DNA of 60,137 nucleotides, filler included, from Hausera hauseri (lineage: Eukaryota), in assembly GCA_046269625.1 (NCBI GenBank). It is 12 parts of 12 records of this genome, joined end to end, with 100 filler letters (N's around TTAATTAATTAA, not from the genome) between each part and the next. Parts side by side here need not be neighbours in the genome. Positions count along the whole stretch, not along the records: positions 22,913 to 27,424 come from JBJURY010547008.1; positions 27,525 to 32,598 come from JBJURY010343823.1; positions 32,699 to 37,831 come from JBJURY010325050.1; 9 more parts are not named here. One strand, written 5' to 3'. Under the pieces are notes generated by a model. It did not search any database. It was given only the letters and a program-made list of their open reading frames with translations, and was not told where the DNA came from. Every line of letters starts with the position of its first letter. Position 1 is the first letter of the stretch. Below are positions 23,421-37,593 of the stretch, piece after piece. A program made the translations under genes and the position numbers.

Positions 23421-24304
23421 GTGGACGCTAACATTAGGTGGGAATAGACTTTACTTTCACCTCATTAGTAGAGTAGGGAGGACAAACCAGAAAATAAAAG
23501 CCAGAATTAGCAGCGCAAAATACGCCTCTATTTCATTTAGAAACATTCAAGGATCGCAGTGTCAGAAAGCATATTAATGAAGGAGACTGCAATAAGTTAA
23601 AAAGTACAGTAGGTTAGTGAAAAAAAAAGAAATATCTGAAAATGGAGTCTTACATGGATGACGTTAGGACCAACAATGTCTTCATCAAGCTCATCAAACA
23701 AAGAAGACACGATCGACAACACGTAACAATATGGCGAACGTAAGAAGAGTCACGTGATATATTAAAAGCAGATAGAGGAAGCAAAAATCAAACAAAAGTG
23801 GTAGTACTTATTCACTAAAACAAAATAAAATTTTTAGTGAAATTCAAAACAATAAGGATGGAAAAAATTCGTGAACTTAACTTGTGTGTCCATCCTAACT
23901 AATGACAGCTGTGTTCTCTAAACACTCAACAAGGAATCACCTTTTCGAATACCATATTAAGCGAAAAGCTTGCTATAGAGAACAAGACAAAACCCAATCA
24001 TTTACAGCCTCAGGGAAAGGAAATGCAAGTTAATAAGATGAACTACGCAAAAAGTTATAAAGTGGAACCCACCTTCAATCCGGGATACAGGAGAGTAGAA
24101 AGACAAACATCAACCTGGAGAGGAGTCATAGATAAAATCATTATTACAACAAAAACACCACGGAACAAGATAATGATAAATTCATGAAATCCTTAGAAAC
24201 TAATTTTTGCAATGATGGCGGCAATGGCGCCATGTTCCGTCAATGGAACGAACAGAAATTAATGAAGATTATGATACCCAGCCTTTACAGAAAATACGGC
24301 CTTG

Positions 24305-24625
24305 CTGTGACCCAACAGGCGCCCCATAAGTATACATAAGAATGAATAAGATGACCTAAATCACCCCCAGCACCCTTAAGAAGACCAACCCTAACGGGAA
24401 ATATGACCATGTCGTGACCCTAAACCACCCCCAGCGTCCTTATGATACCCAACCTTAACAGACAATAAATATGGCCCTGCCAAGACCCAACAGGCTCCCA
24501 TAAGCATGCATAGGCATGAAGAAGACGACCTAAATCACCCTTATGAAGACCAACCTTAACAGAAAATATGACCCTGCATTTCTCAACAGGCTCCTCATAA
24601 GCTTGCATAGGAAGACCTAACCCAC
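24305..24625. repeat. Short imperfect tandem repeat
   Basis: ACCCAACAGGC.CCCATAAG, GACCTAAATCACCC and AAGACCAACCTTAAC recur 2-3 times. Confidence 0.55.
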
Positions 24626-26789
24626 CCGCTGATGACACCACACTCACATACCTTTATCAAATACTATTACACAATAATAAATTCAACAACAAAAATTATC
24701 CCCCTTTACTACCCGGTTACCCGCTCTCTGACAACACCCACATTTATCAAGTATTACATAATAATTACACAAAACACCTATTACATAACAATTACCTAAA
24801 AAAATAAAATTCTATGAAAGTTGTCTCCCCTTACCCGACTGGATGGATTACATCATCCCTTCAGGTCTTCTCCAGACTCCCTCCAAGTTGTTCTCGATGC
24901 TCCCTGTACAAAATATTTTACACCAGTTATCTCCCTGGATGAATGATGTCCTTCGGTTGCGCATCCTATACTACTTATATGTAATTACTCTTTTACAGTT
25001 GCTACACTTACTTGCGTAGCCTGTGTATCCTGATATATGTATATTCGAGTTCTTATGCAGTATTTACTGCATTAAATGGATATGTTCACAGTGTTTATGC
25101 ATGCATTTAATTAGTTGTGTGTTTTTTTTTAATTCTTTATATCACAAAAGTTTATCTGTTGCATGTTGTGTTTCTTTCATTATCTTTCTCAACATTTCCT
25201 CTTCCGAGACCTTTTATTGGTTTATGAACTGACCGAGGTTGGTGTCTTGAATTGTTTCAGGTGCCAACTTTTCGTACATATTAGTTATTGTTGCCTGGTT
25301 CCTTATACCTGGTGCGGAAATTGTTGAAGAAGCTCGCCTGTTTTCTCTTCTATTGCAGTCATACTATAAGATGGAGAGTTTGTGGATTTCCTCCTAAACC
25401 CAAAATAAAATCTGGAATCCCTGACAACCCCCACCCCCCACCCCACCGACCCACTCCACCCGACCCACCATGAAACATGAAGACCAATGATTCCTCCGAG
25501 GTGATACCACCAGTTTTGCATCTCCCTGCTTTCAGCCATGGCGTTCAGACATTATTCACATCTTCCCATTCCCTGCTCCCTGTTGTCTTCTGCTTTAAAA
25601 TGTAGTTTCAGACCATTCAACATCATGGCTATAATGTTAGACCACAGGATTGTCACGTCCTGGCTCAAATGAGTCTGGTCTAGGTACTTCACAGTATTAA
25701 TGTTAATAATTTATGATGAAGCTGCAGCCTCACGTTTTCTTGACCTCCTGATGTACGAGTACCTTAGAAGTGTTAAAATTAAGTGGGGGTGGCCACATTT
25801 CATTTCATCCACAGGGGGTTAATAGAAGAAGGAGTGAATTAGGGTAATAAATATTTGAACAGTGAAACTGAAGGGAGAATGAGGGTGGAATTGATGAGGT
25901 TCATCACGTACACCACACACGGCGGGGTCTTCACACTGCATTTTAAGGGGGTCCTTATTCCCCTTTTCCATTTATACCATTGGATACTCTACCATCCCCA
26001 AAACTAACAGCAGAGACAGGCTATAGTAATGGCGTCATCACGTACAGGTGGATCCACGCAGTTCATCTGCCCTCCGCTACCTCCTTGCCAACATTACTGT
26101 AAACCACATCCGGTGCAGAGTACTTTTTATATTTTGTTGATACCTTCAATGTTCATTCCACGTGGCATTACATTGAACAAGAGACTATCTTAGATTATTA
26201 ATATCTTTTTGCACTTGTTAAGATCACTGTAACCCGTTCACGATTCATAATGGATGCAAAGTATTTTTATGATTGAAAATGTAATGTGTTTATATTGTGT
26301 TAGCATTTTTCAATTTCAATGCAACGTGTCAATATGTTGAAAGAGAGACCTATGTGACAGAGTAATCTGTGTTTTTTGTTGTTTGTTTGTTTCCAACAGT
26401 GGCGTGTCGAGGAACGTTGTAATGGGTGAATTTATAAAATTGGTACTTGGAAATGAAGATTTTCGTGGTCGCTTGTGCAGTTATCTAGATTTATCGATTA
26501 CTGTGCACTTGCACTGAACAAAGAAACATAAGCCACGCTATGCTGCAACCATGCGTGCAGTCCTAAGATGTGGATCGGTCGCAATTATGGGATATCAACT
26601 CGATTTGCCTACTACTACTATTATTACTAATTCTTGTTTGTTCCACTAACGGAACATAGCGCTATCGCCGCAAAAAATACTTTCTGAGGATCTAATGAAT
26701 TTGTCATTATCTTGTTCCTTGATTTTTTTGTTGTATTAATTTCGTCATGTAGGACTTTTCTCCAGGTTCATGTTTGTCTTTAGACTCTC

Positions 26790-26910
26790 CTGCATCACCC
26801 CCGGAGGGAAATGGAGGGAGTGCATCCCAGCGGGGAATGGAAGAGGTGCATCCCAGAGGGGAATGGAGGGGGTGCATCCCGGAGGTGAATATGGGGGGGG
26901 GGGGGGTACT
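26790..26910. repeat. G-rich minisatellite (about 27-bp unit GGGAATGGAGGGxGTGCATCCCxGxGG)
   Basis: About 3-4 visible tandem copies. Confidence 0.65.
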
Positions 26911-27524
26911 ACTGTAAACCTTTTTGCGTAGTTCGTTTCGTTCTATCAGCTTGCATTTCCTTATCCTGAGTCTTGTCTTGTTCTCTATACTTAACTTGTG
27001 TTTGATATTATGCTCGAAATGGTAATTCCTTGTTGAGTGTTTAGAGAACACAGCTTTCAATAGCTAGGATGTTCACGCAAGTCAAGTTCATTCATTTCTT
27101 TCTTCCATAGTGTTTTCAATTTCACTAACAACATTTTTTTTTTGTTTTATTTAATAAGTACTAACACTTTTACTTGATTGTTGCTCCCTCTGTCTGCATT
27201 TCCGTATTATTTATTAATATATCATGTGACTCGTTCTTCCGTTCCTGATATAGATGCAATGTGTGTTGTCTATCGTATTCTTTCTTTGATATGCCTGATG
27301 AACACCTTATTGGTCGTAATGTAGTCGTTTTTTTTTCTCCACCATCCTCGTAAGACTCCATTACCAAATTTTTGTTTTTTTTTCGCGACCCTATTGCATT
27401 TTTCAATCTTACCACAGTCTACTTNNNNNNNNNNNNNNNNNNNNNNNNNNNNNNNNNNNNNNNNNNNNTTAATTAATTAANNNNNNNNNNNNNNNNNNNN
27501 NNNNNNNNNNNNNNNNNNNNNNNN

Positions 27525-30500
27525 TGACATCACGTGACCAATCATATGATATAACGTGACAAATCACTTGACATCACGTGATTAATCATATGATATAACG
27601 CCAAAAATTACTTGATATCACGTCACCAATCATATAGTATAACGTGAAAAATTACTTGACATCACGTGACCAATCATGTGATATAACGTGACAATTTACT
27701 TGACATCACGTGAACAATGATAAGACATAACGGGAAAAACCAGTTGATATCACGTCACCAATCATATGGTATAACTTGACAAATCATTTGACATCACGTG
27801 ACCTATCATATGACATAACGTGACAAATCACTTAACATAACGTCCCCATTCATATGGTTAAACGTGACAAGTCACTTGACTTCACGTGACCAATCATATA
27901 ATATAACGTTACAAATCACTTGATATCACGTGACTAATCAAATGAGATAACGTGAAAAATTACTTCACATCACGTCATCAATCATATAGTATGAGGTGAC
28001 AAATTACTTGACATCACGTGAACAATCACATGACATAACGTGACAAATAATTGATATCACGTGACCAATCATAAGATATAACGGGACAAATCACTTTGTA
28101 ACCCGTCACCAATTATATGGTATAACGTGACAAATCACTTGACATCACGTGACCAATCATATGGTATAATGTGACAAATTACTTGATATAACATCACCAA
28201 TCATAGGGTATAACGTGTTAAAATCACTTGACATCACGTTACCAATCATAAGACATAACGGGACAAAATACTTGATATCACGTCACCAATCATATGGTAT
28301 AAGGTGACAAATCACTTGACTTCACGTAACCAATCATATGGTTTATCGTGTCTAACGACTTGACATCACGTGACTAATCGTATGATATAACTTGATAAAT
28401 TTCTTTACGTCACGTCCCCAATCATATGGTACAACGTGAAAAATCACTTAATATCACGTGACCACTCATATGACATAACTGGACAAATCACTTGATATCA
28501 CGTCACCAATCATATGTTATAACGTGACAAATCATTTGGCGTCACGTGTCCAATCATATGACATAACGTGACAAATCACTTGGCATCACGTGACCAATCA
28601 TAAGACGTAACGGGACGAATCACTTGGTATCACGCCCCCAATTATATGGTATAATGTGACATATCAATTGACACCACTTGACCAATCATATGATATAACG
28701 CCACAAATCACTTCATATCACGTTACCAATTATAAGATAAAAAGTGACAAACCTTTTAATATCACGTCACAAATCGTATGGTATAACGTGAGAAATCACT
28801 TGACATTAAGGGACCAATCATATGATATAACGTGACAAATCACTCGAAATCACGTGTCTAATATTATGATATGACGTTACAAATCACTTGATATCACGTG
28901 ACCAATCATAAGATATAATGGGACAAATCACTTGATATCACGTCACCCATCATATGGTATAACGTGACAAATCACTTGATATCACGTGAACAATGGTAAG
29001 ACATAACGGGACAAATCACTTGATATCACGTGTCCAATCATATGACATAACTTGACAAATCTCTTGATATCACGTGAACAATCATAAGACATAACGGGAC
29101 AAATCACTTGACATCACGTGACCAATCATATGACATAACGTGACAAATAAGTTGATATCACGTGAACAATCATAAGATATAACGTGACAAATCACTTGAT
29201 ATCATGAGATCAATCATAAGACATAACGGGACAAATCATTTGACATCACGTGACCAATTATATGACATAAGATGACAAATTACTTGACATCACGTGGCCA
29301 ATCATATGACATAACGCGACAAATCACTTGATATCACGCGACCAATCATATGACGTGACGTGACAAATTACTTGATATAACATCACCAATCATAGGGTAT
29401 AACGCGACAAATCACTTGACATCATGTGACCAATCATATGACATAACGCCACAAATCATTTCATATCACGTTACCAATTATAAGATATAATGTGACAAAC
29501 CTTTTGATATCACGTCACAAATCATATGGTATAACGTGACAAATCACTTGACATCAAGGGACCAATCATATCATATAACGTGACAAATCAGTTGACATGA
29601 AGTGACTAATCATATGATATAACGTGAAAAATTACTTGACATCACGTCCTCAATCATATGGTATAACGAGACAAATCACTTGTCATCACGTGACCAATCG
29701 TATGACATAACGGAACAAATCACTTGACATCACGTGTCTAATGTTATGATATGACGTTACAATACACTTGACATCACGTGAACAATCATATGACATAACG
29801 TGACAAATCACTTGATATCACGTGATTAATCATAAGTTATAACGTGACAAATCACTTGAAATCACGTGAACAATATATATGACATAACGTGACAAATCAC
29901 TTGATATCACGTGATCAATCATAAGATATAACGGGACAAATCACTTGACATCACGGGACCAATCATATGACATAACGTTACAAATAAGTTGATATCACGT
30001 GACCAATCATAAGATATAACGGGACAAATCACTTGATATCACGTCACCAATCATATGTCATAACGTGGCAAATCATTTGGCATCACGTGACCAATCATAT
30101 GTCAAAACGTGACAAATCACTTAATATCACGTGGCCAATCATAAGACATAACAGGACGAATCAATTTGTATCACACCCCCATTTATATGATATAAAGTGA
30201 CAAATCAATTGACACCACTTGACCAATCATATTTCATAACGTGACAAATATCTTGATATCACGCGACAAATCATATGATATGACGTGACAAATCACTTTA
30301 CATCACGTGATTAATAATATGATATAACGCAAATAATTACTTGATATCACGTCACAAATCATATAGTATAACGTGACAAATCACTTGACATCACGTGTCT
30401 AATCATATGATATGACGTTACAAATCATTTGATATCACGTCACCAATTATATGGTATAATGTGACAAATCACTTGATATCACGTGAACAATGGTAAGACA

Positions 30501-32598
30501 CAACGGGACAAATCACTTGATATCACGTGTCCAATCATAAGACATAAGGGGAAAAATCACTTGATATCACGTCAGCAATCATAGGTTATAACGTGACAAA
30601 TCACATGATTTAACGTCCCCAATAATATGGTATAACGCGACAAGTCACTTGACATCACGTGACCAATCATATCATATAAAGCGACAAATCACTTGACATC
30701 ATGTCCCCAATCATATGGTATAACGTGAAAAATCAATTGACATCACGTGACCAATCATATGACATAATGTGACAATTCACTTGATATCACGTGACCAATC
30801 ATATGACATAACGTGACAACTCACTTGATATCACGTTAACAATCATAAGACATGATGGGACAAATCATTTGATATCACGTGACCAATCATACGACATAAC
30901 GTGACAAATCAGTTGATATCACGCGACCAATCATACGACATAACGTGACAAATAAATTGATATCACGTCACAAATCATATGGCATAACGTGACAAATCAC
31001 TTTATATCACGTGACCAAATATAAGATATATCGGGACAAAGCAATTGATATCACGTGACCAATCATAAGATATAACTGGACAAATTACTTGATATCAAGT
31101 GACCAAGCGTAAAACGTAACGGGAAAAATCACTTGATATCACGTCACCAATCATATGGTATAACGTGATATCACTTGATATCATGTGACCAATCATGTGA
31201 CATAACGTGACATATCACTTGATATCACGTGACCAATCATAAGACATAACGGGACAAATCACTTGATATCACGTCACCAATCATATGGTATAACGTGACA
31301 AATCAATTGACACCACTTGACCAATCTTATGACACAACGTGACAAATATCTTGATATCACGCGACAAATCATATGATATGACGTGACAAATCACTTTACA
31401 TCACGTGATTAATCATATGATATAACGCAAATAATTACTTGATATCACGTCATCAATCATGTGGCATAAAGTGACAAATCACTTGATATCACGTGAACAA
31501 TCATAAGACGTAATGGGACAAATCATTTGACATCACGTGACCAATCATATGACATAACGTGACAAACAAGATGATATCACGTGACCAATCATAAGATATA
31601 ACGTGACAAATCTCTTGATATCACGTGAACAATCATAAGACATAACGGGACAAATCAAATGATATCACGCGACCAATCATATGACGTGACGTGACAAATT
31701 ACTTGATATAACATCACCAATCATATGGTATAATGAGACAAGTCACTTGACATCACTTGACCAATCATATCATATAACGTGACAAATCACTTGACATGAC
31801 GTGACTAATCAAATGATTTAACGTGAAAAATTACTTGATATCACGTCCTCAATCATATGGTATAACGTGACAAATTACTTGACATCACGTGACCAATAAT
31901 ATGACATAACGTGAAAAATCACTAGATATCACGTGACCAATCATAAGATATAATGGGACAAATCACTTGACATCACGTGACAAATCATATAACATAACGT
32001 GACAAATAAGTTGATATCACGTGACCAATCATAAGATATAACGTGACAAATCACTTGATATCACGTGAACAATCACATGACATAATATGACAAATAAGTT
32101 GATATCACGTGACCAATCATAAGACATAACGCGACAAATCAATTGATATCACGCGACCAATCATATGACGTGACGTGACAAATTACTTGATATAACATCA
32201 CCATTCATATTGTATAACGTGACAAATCATTTGACATCACGTGACCAATAATGTGACGTAACGTGACAAATCACTTGACATCACGTGACCAATCATATGA
32301 CATGACGTGAAAAATTAGTTCATATCACGTGACCAAATATAAGACATAACGGGACAAATCAATTGATATCACGTGACCAATCATAAGACATAACGGGACA
32401 AATTAATTGATATCAAGTGACCAATCATAAAACGTAACGGGAAAAATCACTTGACTTCACGTCGCCAATCATATGGCATAACGTGAAAAATTACTTTATA
32501 TCACGTGACCAAATATAAGATATAACGGGACAAATCAATTGATATCACGTGACCAATCATAAGACATAACGGGACAAATTAATTGATATCAAGTGACC
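27525..32598. repeat. Satellite DNA, 44-bp monomer (CACTTGATATCACGTGACCAAT + CATATGACATAACGTGACAAAT), about 115 copies, filling the whole contig
   Basis: Uninterrupted head-to-tail array with no unique spacers. The monomer is a diverged dimer of 22-bp units. Confidence 0.95.
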
Positions 32599-33099
32599 NN
32601 NNNNNNNNNNNNNNNNNNNNNNNNNNNNNNNNNNNNNNNNNNTTAATTAATTAANNNNNNNNNNNNNNNNNNNNNNNNNNNNNNNNNNNNNNNNNNNNTA
32701 ACTGGAACTTTTTTGCTCTCCGTCTTAATCAGTATACGATGGCATATTCATCTGCCCCAAATTGCCCCAAAAATGGGCCCCATGGCAATTTTTTGATTTT
32801 TGAACTTTGATTTCTTTATATTTTAACACGGTTTCTTCTTCATTGTGCTCCCTTTTTCATGTCATAGATTTTAGTGTCTAGGCATGACCCAAAATCTTAA
32901 TTCGGGTGGGGGGGGGGAATTTTGTAGTTTATTTTTGAGCATCTATGGTGCTTTTTAGCTCCCATGTTAATTGGAACTTTTTTGCTCCCCGTCTTGAGCA
33001 GTATACGATAGATTATTCATCTGCCGCAAGTTGCCCCAAAAAGGGCCCGTGCATTTTTTTTATTTTTGTAATAATATAAAAATAAAATAAAATCGTACA

Positions 33100-34117
33100 A
33101 TGTATTTCATAGACAACTCCAGGAATTACTTCCGAATAGTAATTTACAACTGAAACTGATAAGAGGAAATAGCTTGAAAACAAATCTGAAGGACGGAGAA
33201 GACTATAGACTGGTCACAAAGAAGCTAAATGAAGATATACTCGCTTGACACTCCTATGAAAACAAGCAGTCAAGGCCAGTTAGAGTGATGGCCAAGAAGT
33301 TACATCGTTCTTGTGGAATAGACCAGATAATAGAAGATCTTAAAAAGAAGGGATAAATTGAAAAAGAAGGGATAATTGCTCTTAATGCAACTCTAAAATT
33401 AAAATGGAAAACTAAAGAACCGCTAGACATGTTCATGCTTGAATTTGATGCGGAAGAAGACATAAGCAAAATCTTTCAAATAACAAATACAATGGGCAAT
33501 ACAATGGGCGAGATAGAGGCACTCAGAAAATCTAAACTTATTGCCCAATGTAAAAGTTGTCAAGGATACGGACATACCCAAAAGTACTGTTACAAAGAAT
33601 TCAGTTGTGTTAAATGTGGAGGAAAACATCAAACAAAAGACTGTACAAAGCCACTTGAAGAAAAGCCGAAATAAAAATTCACTGTGGTGGTTCACACCCT
33701 GCGAATTACCGTGGATGCAGTGTAGCTACTGAACTGCAAAAAATTAGGAATAATAGCAGAAAACCAGTTCCAGGAGTTACTCAGGAAATTTCGACAGCCC
33801 CTACCCAAATGTCTACTTCAGCTCCTGTATCAGGTTCATCTCTGAATATCAGTAAACCCAATATGGAAATGAAAAAAAGAAGTGAACCTATGTCAACTTG
33901 GCCAAAGCCGCCCTTAAAAACTTATGCAAATGTGGTACAAACTAATAGTTCCTTTTTGGTTGCTAAATTGCTTATTGATAGCGGAGTTCACCAGACCCTG
34001 CAACAAATCTTGCAAAAAATCGAAAAGCAAGAAGAAATAATTACAACCTTCGAAAATAGGTTGAAAAAGTTTGAGAACTGTACTAGCCTAGCTATGGGCA
34101 AAGATAAATTAATATGA
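33100..34117 (+). pseudogene. Jockey/I-group LINE ORF1 (gag-like, three zinc knuckles), degenerate
   Basis: QCKSCQGYGHTQKYC, CVKCGGKHQTKDC and HCGGSHPANYRGC, preceded by the pre-C2HC segment RPVRVMAKKLH. Confidence 0.85.
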
Positions 34118-34730
34118 ACAGTTCATCGAAAATAATGTCATGGAATGCCAATGGACTTTCTCACCGAAAACAAGAGATGGAAGTAGTCCTAAACAGCGAG
34201 AGAATTGATATTGATATATGTCTTATCTCTGAGACATATTTGGCAAAACAATCATTTCTAAAATTTAGAGGTTATGAATTTTATCACACTGTACATCCAG
34301 ATAACACAGGAAAGGGAGTAGTGCAGTAATTACAAGAGAAAGTATACAATACAATGAAGAGATGGAGTATAGAACAGAAGAAATACAAGCCACAGTTATA
34401 TCTCTGGAACTTAGAAAATATACAGTAGTTGTAGCAGGAATATATTGTCCCCCAAAACATGCACTTAAAAGAAATGATTATATTAAACTATTTCAACACT
34501 TAGGGAAATAATAGGTGGGGGCTTTAATGCAAAACATACTAGGTGGGGCTCCAGATTAACCTCGACAAAAGGAAGGGAATTATTTAGTGCAATGCAGGAC
34601 CACAAATGTCAACCAATCTCAACTGGTAAGCCAACCAGTTCCACAAAACTGGTAAGCCATCAGATCCACAAAAAATACCAGATTTAATAGATTTCTTTGT
34701 TATAAAAGACTTAGCCAGGTTAGAAAAACC
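34114..34730 (+). pseudogene. LINE ORF2 AP-endonuclease domain, truncated
   Basis: KIMSWNANGL...DICLISET...HTVHPDNTGKG; IYCPPK; GGFNAKHTRWGSRL; IPDLIDFFV. The ATG overlaps the ORF1 stop. Confidence 0.88.
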
Positions 34731-34877
34731 TTAGCCAGGTTTAGAAAGTTATGTAAGATTAAGCAGATTGCTATTGCCATTGCTGCCAGTTAGAATGGCC
34801 TAAACCAGACGACAACCTAATTTCTTTTTTAATAAGCCCCCAAGTAGCTTTTTTCTATTGAAAAAAAAAACTGTTAC

Positions 34878-34940
34878 TACCAGGGATCGAACCCGGGCTG
34901 AACTGGTCAGTAGGAATCGACGCTAACCACTGGACTTTAT
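34878..34940 (-). mobile_element. tRNA-derived SINE head
   Basis: Minus strand reads GTCCAGTGGTTAGCG...CCCGGGTTCGATCCCTGG (A and B boxes) without a full cloverleaf. Confidence 0.5.
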
Positions 34941-34989
34941 GCGCCTGCCGAAATATTTAGGATGGATCACACTTCACTTGTCTAACAAC

Positions 34990-36550
34990 AACTTCACAAT
35001 TTATAAATGTGGAATTAAAAATACGATAATTAGAATAAAACAAAAATATAATAACAATGAAATAGTTATAAAGAAGGTTATAAGATAAGGTTTGTTATTA
35101 TAAAAAGGTAAAAAGTATATAAATGAATGTGTGTTTAGTTTGTTACTTCTTCTTTAAATACAAGCAATTTCGGTTAGTTCAGTGATTTTGGGTACTTACT
35201 TGCTTCATGGTTAGATAGTACAAAAACATAATAGTTTCTAGTTATAAAATTGTCAATATTTTTGTGAAGTGATATTTAAATAGGGACTTTAATAAGACTT
35301 CCTGCATAAATACAGCCATCTTAAATTTAGAGCACCCTTTATGTGTGCAGCCGTAGATAAAGTAGTGTATGCAAGGATTGCATTAGAATTGTATTCCACT
35401 CGGAGATGTTTAGTAACCTAGCTTCCGTCGTTTCTTAACTTACATTTTACTTGTGGCACACTCATAATATAATCCCTCAATAAACTAATATTGCTTTATT
35501 AGTGATGATAACAAAAATTTATATAAGACAAATTCTATACTTCTCACTACCCTCCTAATTTCAAGAGGATGAGGGTTCCAGATCCTGCAACTGCTCACTG
35601 TGAAAGAATGAATTTGAGTTGTGAATTCTGACTTCGTTTGAGTGTTTTCAATGAACTTTAATTTTTTCTTTAGATAAGTTGGTTAAGTAACATTGAAGAA
35701 TATTGAATAAAAGAAAAAGTTGATGATCCTACCTTCTTTTATTTGCTCTAAGCCAAGATAGGTTCTCATAAAAAGGTGAAATATCTTGCCAATATATCGG
35801 TAGGCGTATCGTTGCATTGTGTATGCAAAGATTGCATTAGGCTTTTTTCCTGAGATGTTTAGGATACTTGCTTCGATTGTATAACATTAACTTCATAAAT
35901 TATGAAAGTTGAAATAAAAAAGGAAAATCAGAATAGCAATAAAAATAGAATAACAATGAAATAATTATAAAAAGGATAATAAAACATTTAAGTATGTAAA
36001 TGAATGTGTGTTTAAGTGTATTATATTTTACTTAAATACGCACAATTTCGGTTAGCGGTGATTTTGGGTACTTCTTTCATGGTTAGATAGTATGTAAATG
36101 TTTATTTCCTGTTATAGTATTGTCAATATTATTGTATAGTAATGTTTAAATAGTGAAATTAATAAGACATCTCGTATAAATACAACCATCATAAATTTAG
36201 AGCACCCTTTATATGTGTAGCCGTAGAAAAAGTAGTGTATGAAGCCATTGCATTAGGCTTTTAAGCCACTCCCAAGATGTCTGGGATAGTTACTTCACTC
36301 ATATAACGATAACTTCATAATTTATAAAATTGGAGTTAAAAAGACGAAAATTAGAATAAAAAAATAGAGAAACTATGAAATATTAAGGTAAATAAGGTTT
36401 ATAAATTATAAGGTTATAAGTATATAAATGAATATGAGTTTATTTAAAACACAATTTTGGTTAGTTCAATAATTTTTGGATAGTTGCAATTTGGTTACTA
36501 GCCACGCCTCTTGATAAGTGCATTTTTGTTTCCTATTATAAAATTGTCAT
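34990..36550. repeat. Diverged tandem duplication/triplication of an AT-rich unit of several hundred bp
   Basis: AACTTCA.AATT.ATAAA / AAATGAAT.TG / CAATTT.GGTTAG recur near 34990, 35890 and 36310. AAATTTAGAGCACCCTTT occurs at about 35325 and 36195. Confidence 0.7.
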
Positions 36551-37519
36551 TGTTCAGTAACTATTGAATTCCTGAAGTCCTACAAAAAAGGTCTCTCAAC
36601 ATTTTAGGCTCCAGCAAACGGATAAAAAGATCATTTCCCCCCCCCCCATAACCCACTACAGCTGGGGAATTCGGGATTTTTTTTTACAGATTATCGGGAT
36701 CTACGGGCTCATATTGTTTTCGTAGTCTACAAAAAAAGTCTCTTGACATTTTTGCTACAACATATGGTTAAAAAGTTCAAAAATTGTCCCCCTTAATTTC
36801 CCCCTGGGGAACAAAAATCAGATAATGTCTGACTTTTTTCGGGGGTATTGGAACCCGAGCTACAACTTTGGTCTCTTGGGTTTTTTCGCTCCGAGGCTTC
36901 CTTCTGGGTTAGAATTTTAGGGGGGGACCATGAATTTCAGTGGGGGCCTTCTGGCCCCTCAAAGAGGTTTTTGGAGTAACTATGTACGGGCCCCTATTGT
37001 TTTCGAGGAGGCCTACAAAAAAGGTCTCTTGACATTTTGGTCTCCGACGCATGCATAAAAAGATAAAAAATACCCCCCCCCATAAACCCCCTGCCCCGTT
37101 GGAAATAGGGTCTTTTCAGATTTCGAAAGGTCCGAGCATAATAGCAGATTCCTTCCGGATGTGTAGTCTAGATGTATGACACATTAGCAAGAGTGAATGA
37201 ACAGTAAAGTTATGAAAAAAAAGCAATAAAGGATCCGGCAACACTGCAATTCCAGTTAAAATAGTTTAAAAACAATAACAGAAAATCTTCTCGATTGTAC
37301 TTCTTTCGTCCAGTGGGTAAACACAGATAATCTCCTCGTTTTATTACAAAACTACTGGTCAAAAAAAGTTAAAATATTTTTATAAAAAGGTGTGTTATTA
37401 ATAGAGGGCACCAAAAACACTCACAATTGAGTAACCAAATCTCAAAAATTACTTTCTTTAAGGCCGGTCTCGTATGTACCTTTACTACCAGTCTCCTCGT
37501 TTGTACTGTTCAACCGGTA

Positions 37520-37522
<3 letters not shown>

Positions 37523-37590
<68 letters not shown>
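37523..37590. repeat. (GT)n microsatellite
   Basis: About 34 perfect GT units. Confidence 0.98.

Positions 37591-37593
<3 letters not shown>

Noticed and set aside
27525-32598. Possible CRISPR array
   Set aside because: There are no unique spacers, the whole monomer is repeated, the context is eukaryotic and no cas genes are present.
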